Origin: an uncultured Lachnospiraceae bacterium
GTDB lineage: Bacteria > Bacillota > Clostridia > Christensenellales > UBA1242
Direction: 5' to 3'
Assembly: GCA_964416085.1 (NCBI GenBank)
Contig: CAYQCO010000002.1
Location: forward strand, 1 to 37,705
DNA length: 37,705 nt
Under the pieces are notes generated by a model. That model saw only the letters and a list, made by a program, of their open reading frames with translations, ran no database searches and was not told the DNA's origin. The stretch's first letter is position 1; each line of letters starts with the position of its first letter. Shown here in pieces: positions 35,633 through 37,705 of this stretch. The position numbers and the translations under genes were made by a program.

Positions 35633-36636
35633 AAAATATGTCAATAGAGTTTACTCAATACAAAAAGGGTGACATAATTACTGGCACTATTGTTATGATA
35701 GGCAAAAATGGAGCCATTGTGAACATTGGCGGAATGCGTGACGGAATTGTCCCTATTGACCAAGTTGGCAAAGTTTATAAAGAAGGCGATGCAATTTTGG
35801 TTATGGTTACAGACAAAATTGATGATGCTGGCTGCATTGTGCTCAATGCACGTGATGTAAACAGAGCAATTCAACAAAGAGAAATGATAAGCGACATTAG
35901 AGTCGGCTCAACTCTTGTGTTTAAAGTAAAGGATGTGGGAACGGCTGGGCTTAAAGGCGAATTTTGTGATTATTCTGTGTTTTTGCCTTATTCGCAATGC
36001 TCAAAAGAAGATTATTTGGACAAAAACTCCTTGAAAGATAGAGAAGTTGAAGCGGTCGTTTTGGAACTCAATAGTTTGCAAAAATCTATGGTTGTTAGCA
36101 CCAAAATTTTGAAAAAGACGGTCGACCACTCCAATCTTAACATAAAGATTAATGATATCGTTGATGGAACTGTCATAAAAGTGTTTGACAAATACGCAAT
36201 AGTTATGCTAAAAGAAGGAGTCAAAGCCAAAATCAGTATTCAAGATTTGAGTTATGAAAAAGTTGGCTCAATGTCTGATGTTTTGGAAGAAAACAAAGAA
36301 TATCAATTTAAAGTTTTGGATACAAACTATGACTTGTCGCGTATTAGTTTGGGTCTAAAACAAATGAAAGAAAACCCACTTGATGCACTTTTTGATGAAA
36401 TTCAATTGGGTGATGAAGTTACTGGTGTGGTTGAAAAAATATTCCCGTCAGGTGCTTTGATTAGGCTTGAAAATGGATTGACCGCTTTTGCTCTCACACA
36501 AGAAAATAGCGAAAGAGTGAACACTGCCACGCATTATTTATATAAGTTGGGTGCAACGGTTAGTGGTTATATTTCTGCCAAAGACTTGGAAAGAAAGAAA
36601 TTAAATATCATAACCAAAAAGAAAAAACAAGATTAG
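35617..36636 (+). CDS. rpsA: S1 RNA-binding-domain protein (ribosomal protein S1-like)
   Basis: 339 aa with about four repeated S1/OB-like modules (GDIITGTIV..., GSTLVFKVKDV..., NDIVDGTVIKV..., GDEVTGVVEKIF...GALIRL). Follows plsC as in the Firmicute cmk-plsC-rpsA arrangement. Confidence 0.75.
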   Translation: MQEKMKNMSIEFTQYKKGDIITGTIVMIGKNGAIVNIGGMRDGIVPIDQVGKVYKEGDAILVMVTDKIDDAGCIVLNARDVNRAIQQREMISDIRVGSTLVFKVKDVGTAGLKGEFCDYSVFLPYSQCSKEDYLDKNSLKDREVEAVVLELNSLQKSMVVSTKILKKTVDHSNLNIKINDIVDGTVIKVFDKYAIVMLKEGVKAKISIQDLSYEKVGSMSDVLEENKEYQFKVLDTNYDLSRISLGLKQMKENPLDALFDEIQLGDEVTGVVEKIFPSGALIRLENGLTAFALTQENSERVNTATHYLYKLGATVSGYISAKDLERKKLNIITKKKKQD

Positions 36637-36652
36637 GGCTTGCCCCTAATAT

Positions 36653-36728
36653 GCTACTGTGGCTCAGTTGGTAGAGCAGTTGATTCGTAATCAACAGGTC
36701 GCCGGTTCAATCCCGGCCAGTAGCTCCA
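36653..36728 (+). tRNA. tRNA-Thr (anticodon CGU) with encoded CCA
   Basis: Hand-folded cloverleaf. Acceptor GCTACTG/CAGTAGC, D arm GCTC...GAGC, anticodon stem GTTGA/TCAAC with loop TTCGTAA (anticodon CGT), variable loop AGGTC, T arm GCCGG-TTCAATC-CCGGC, discriminator T, then CCA. Confidence 0.9.
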
Positions 36729-36736
36729 AATAGGGT

Positions 36737-36827
36737 GGGGGCATAAGCAACGGTTGCAAGGCAACCGTTTGACTTGTCCGCCTGTGGCGGACAAGGGGGC
36801 ACGCCTGCGGCGTGCACTTATGCCCCC
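36737..36827 (+). repeat. GC-rich four-way-junction structured repeat, copy 3
   Basis: Closing stem GGGGGCATAAG (36737-36747) / CTTATGCCCCC (36817-36827) encloses AACGGTTGC-AAG-GCAACCGTT, CTTGTCCGCC-TGT-GGCGGACAAG and GCACGCC-TGC-GGCGTGC. Confidence 0.9.
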
Positions 36828-36872
36828 AGTCCAACATTATAAAGAGTAAATATGAAAAAAAAGAGAAATTGG

Positions 36873-36901
36873 TTGCATAAATCATATTTGTATGATAAAA
36901 T
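36873..36901 (+). promoter_or_regulatory. Sigma-A-like promoter candidate with extended -10
   Basis: TTGCAT, 17-nt spacer ending in TGa, then TAAAAT. Overlaps an 8-bp inverted repeat ATTTGTAT/ATACAAAT (36886-36907). Confidence 0.4.
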
Positions 36902-36941
36902 ACAAATGATATAAGGTTATATCTTAAAAGGGAAAATAATT

Positions 36942-37619
36942 ATGGAAGATCTTAAAAAGAAGGAAAAAGAGATTTTGGAAAAGGAAACTAAGGAGTTTTT
37001 TACACAAGTTATCGAAGGTGTAAAAAATGGTAGTTTGGTACCAATTCTTCAAGCAAAATGTATCTGTGTAGATGCAAGGAAGGCACGTGCAGACGAGGTC
37101 GGAACAGAATTCACAACTTATAGCCAAGGTAAAGTAGAAAAAGTGTTTACAGTCAAAGAAGACACTATATTTGTAACGACACTTGATAGGAATGGTGACC
37201 CAGTTATTGATAAGAAAGGCAACAAAAACATTTATGATATGTCAGAGGCAAAGTTTAATAAAAAATACAAATTGCACAAGAATGGTCATTATGTTCAAGA
37301 CCCAACACCAATGGTTACAATTAAATTGCCAGATAGTATGATTCCTGAGCAAGGTAAAAAACTTTTGCCACCATGTTGGGGTGGGTATGATGGAACCTTG
37401 ATGAGAGGAGGTCTCATAATGTTACCATATAATCCTAAACTATCTAAATCAGAACAAATCAAAGTTTGGGAATCGTATCTAACAAAAGGCGAATTGGTTG
37501 ACTGGTATCCAAATAATGAAGCGGACACATATGCCGTTTGTGATAAAAATGGTGTATTTGAAGATCCGGAATTAAGGGGATTGTACGGACAAGGTAATTC
37601 TGACGAGTGTTTGGTTTAA
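36942..37619 (+). CDS. Hypothetical protein
   Basis: 225-aa ORF with its own promoter-like sequence. No motif recognised. Bracketed by 24/25-nt direct repeats. Confidence 0.55.
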   Translation: MEDLKKKEKEILEKETKEFFTQVIEGVKNGSLVPILQAKCICVDARKARADEVGTEFTTYSQGKVEKVFTVKEDTIFVTTLDRNGDPVIDKKGNKNIYDMSEAKFNKKYKLHKNGHYVQDPTPMVTIKLPDSMIPEQGKKLLPPCWGGYDGTLMRGGLIMLPYNPKLSKSEQIKVWESYLTKGELVDWYPNNEADTYAVCDKNGVFEDPELRGLYGQGNSDECLV

Positions 37620-37658
37620 TGAAATTTTGGTTTTGAATCTGATTATAAGAGAGTAAAT

Positions 37659-37705
37659 ATGAAAAATGTAATAATTGTAACTGGTGCATCATCAGGGCTA
37701 GGAAG
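37659..37705 (+). CDS. Short-chain dehydrogenase/reductase (5' fragment, runs off the window)
   Basis: MKNVIIVTGASSGLG is the classical SDR TGxxxGxG Rossmann N-terminus. Only 15 codons are visible. Confidence 0.55.
   Translation, partial: MKNVIIVTGASSGLG

Noticed and set aside
36632-36650. Short hairpin TTAGGG-CTTGC-CCCTAA between the rpsA-like stop and the tRNA
   Set aside because: The stem is 6 bp with no following T-tract, and it abuts the tRNA 5' end. It is more likely incidental or a processing context than a terminator.
36737-36827. Idea that the cloverleaf-shaped elements are tRNA genes or tRNA pseudogenes
   Set aside because: The arms are 7-11 bp with 3-4 nt loops. There is no 7-nt anticodon loop, no T-loop (TTCRANY) or D-loop consensus, and the closing stem is 11 bp instead of 7. 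Only the topology is tRNA-like.
4875-36827. Idea that the three GC-rich repeats form a CRISPR array
   Set aside because: The copies are about 9.4 and 22 kb apart, separated by housekeeping operons. One is inverted, and no cas genes are present.

Overview
The window is AT-rich, uses the standard genetic code and comes from a low-GC Bacillota (Firmicutes)-type chromosome. Almost all genes are on the + strand. Most are recognisable core housekeeping genes: ppdK, pta-ackA, rpmF-plsX-rnc, rpoZ-priA-def-fmt-rlmN-rpe-rsmE-mtaB, a HIT protein, rpsU, pcrA-ligA, smc, ytfI/ytfJ-dacB-rluB, an HI0933-type flavoprotein, plsC, an S1-domain protein and tRNA-Thr(CGU). A few sporulation-associated genes are present (ylbJ-like, ytfJ/GerW-like, dacB-like). 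I see no CRISPR array, transposase, integrase, reverse transcriptase or recognisable defence system. The most unusual feature is non-coding. A GC-rich element of about 82-91 nt occurs three times (4875-4956, 14357-14440, 36737-36827). Each copy folds into the same four-way junction: an 11-bp closing stem plus three hairpins. Differences between copies are either in the loops or are compensatory in the stems. I do not recognise it as a named RNA or repeat family. Secondary observations: (1) a 24/25-nt direct repeat brackets a one-gene cassette next to the tRNA and the third element copy; (2) a TasA/camelysin-like secreted protein has a long unknown extension; (3) there is a block of uncharacterised genes at 5.1-7.6 kb; (4) several conserved Firmicute operons appear in trimmed form. 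All calls come from reading the sequence and ORF translations and recalling family motifs. No database search was run, so family names are recognition-level assignments.
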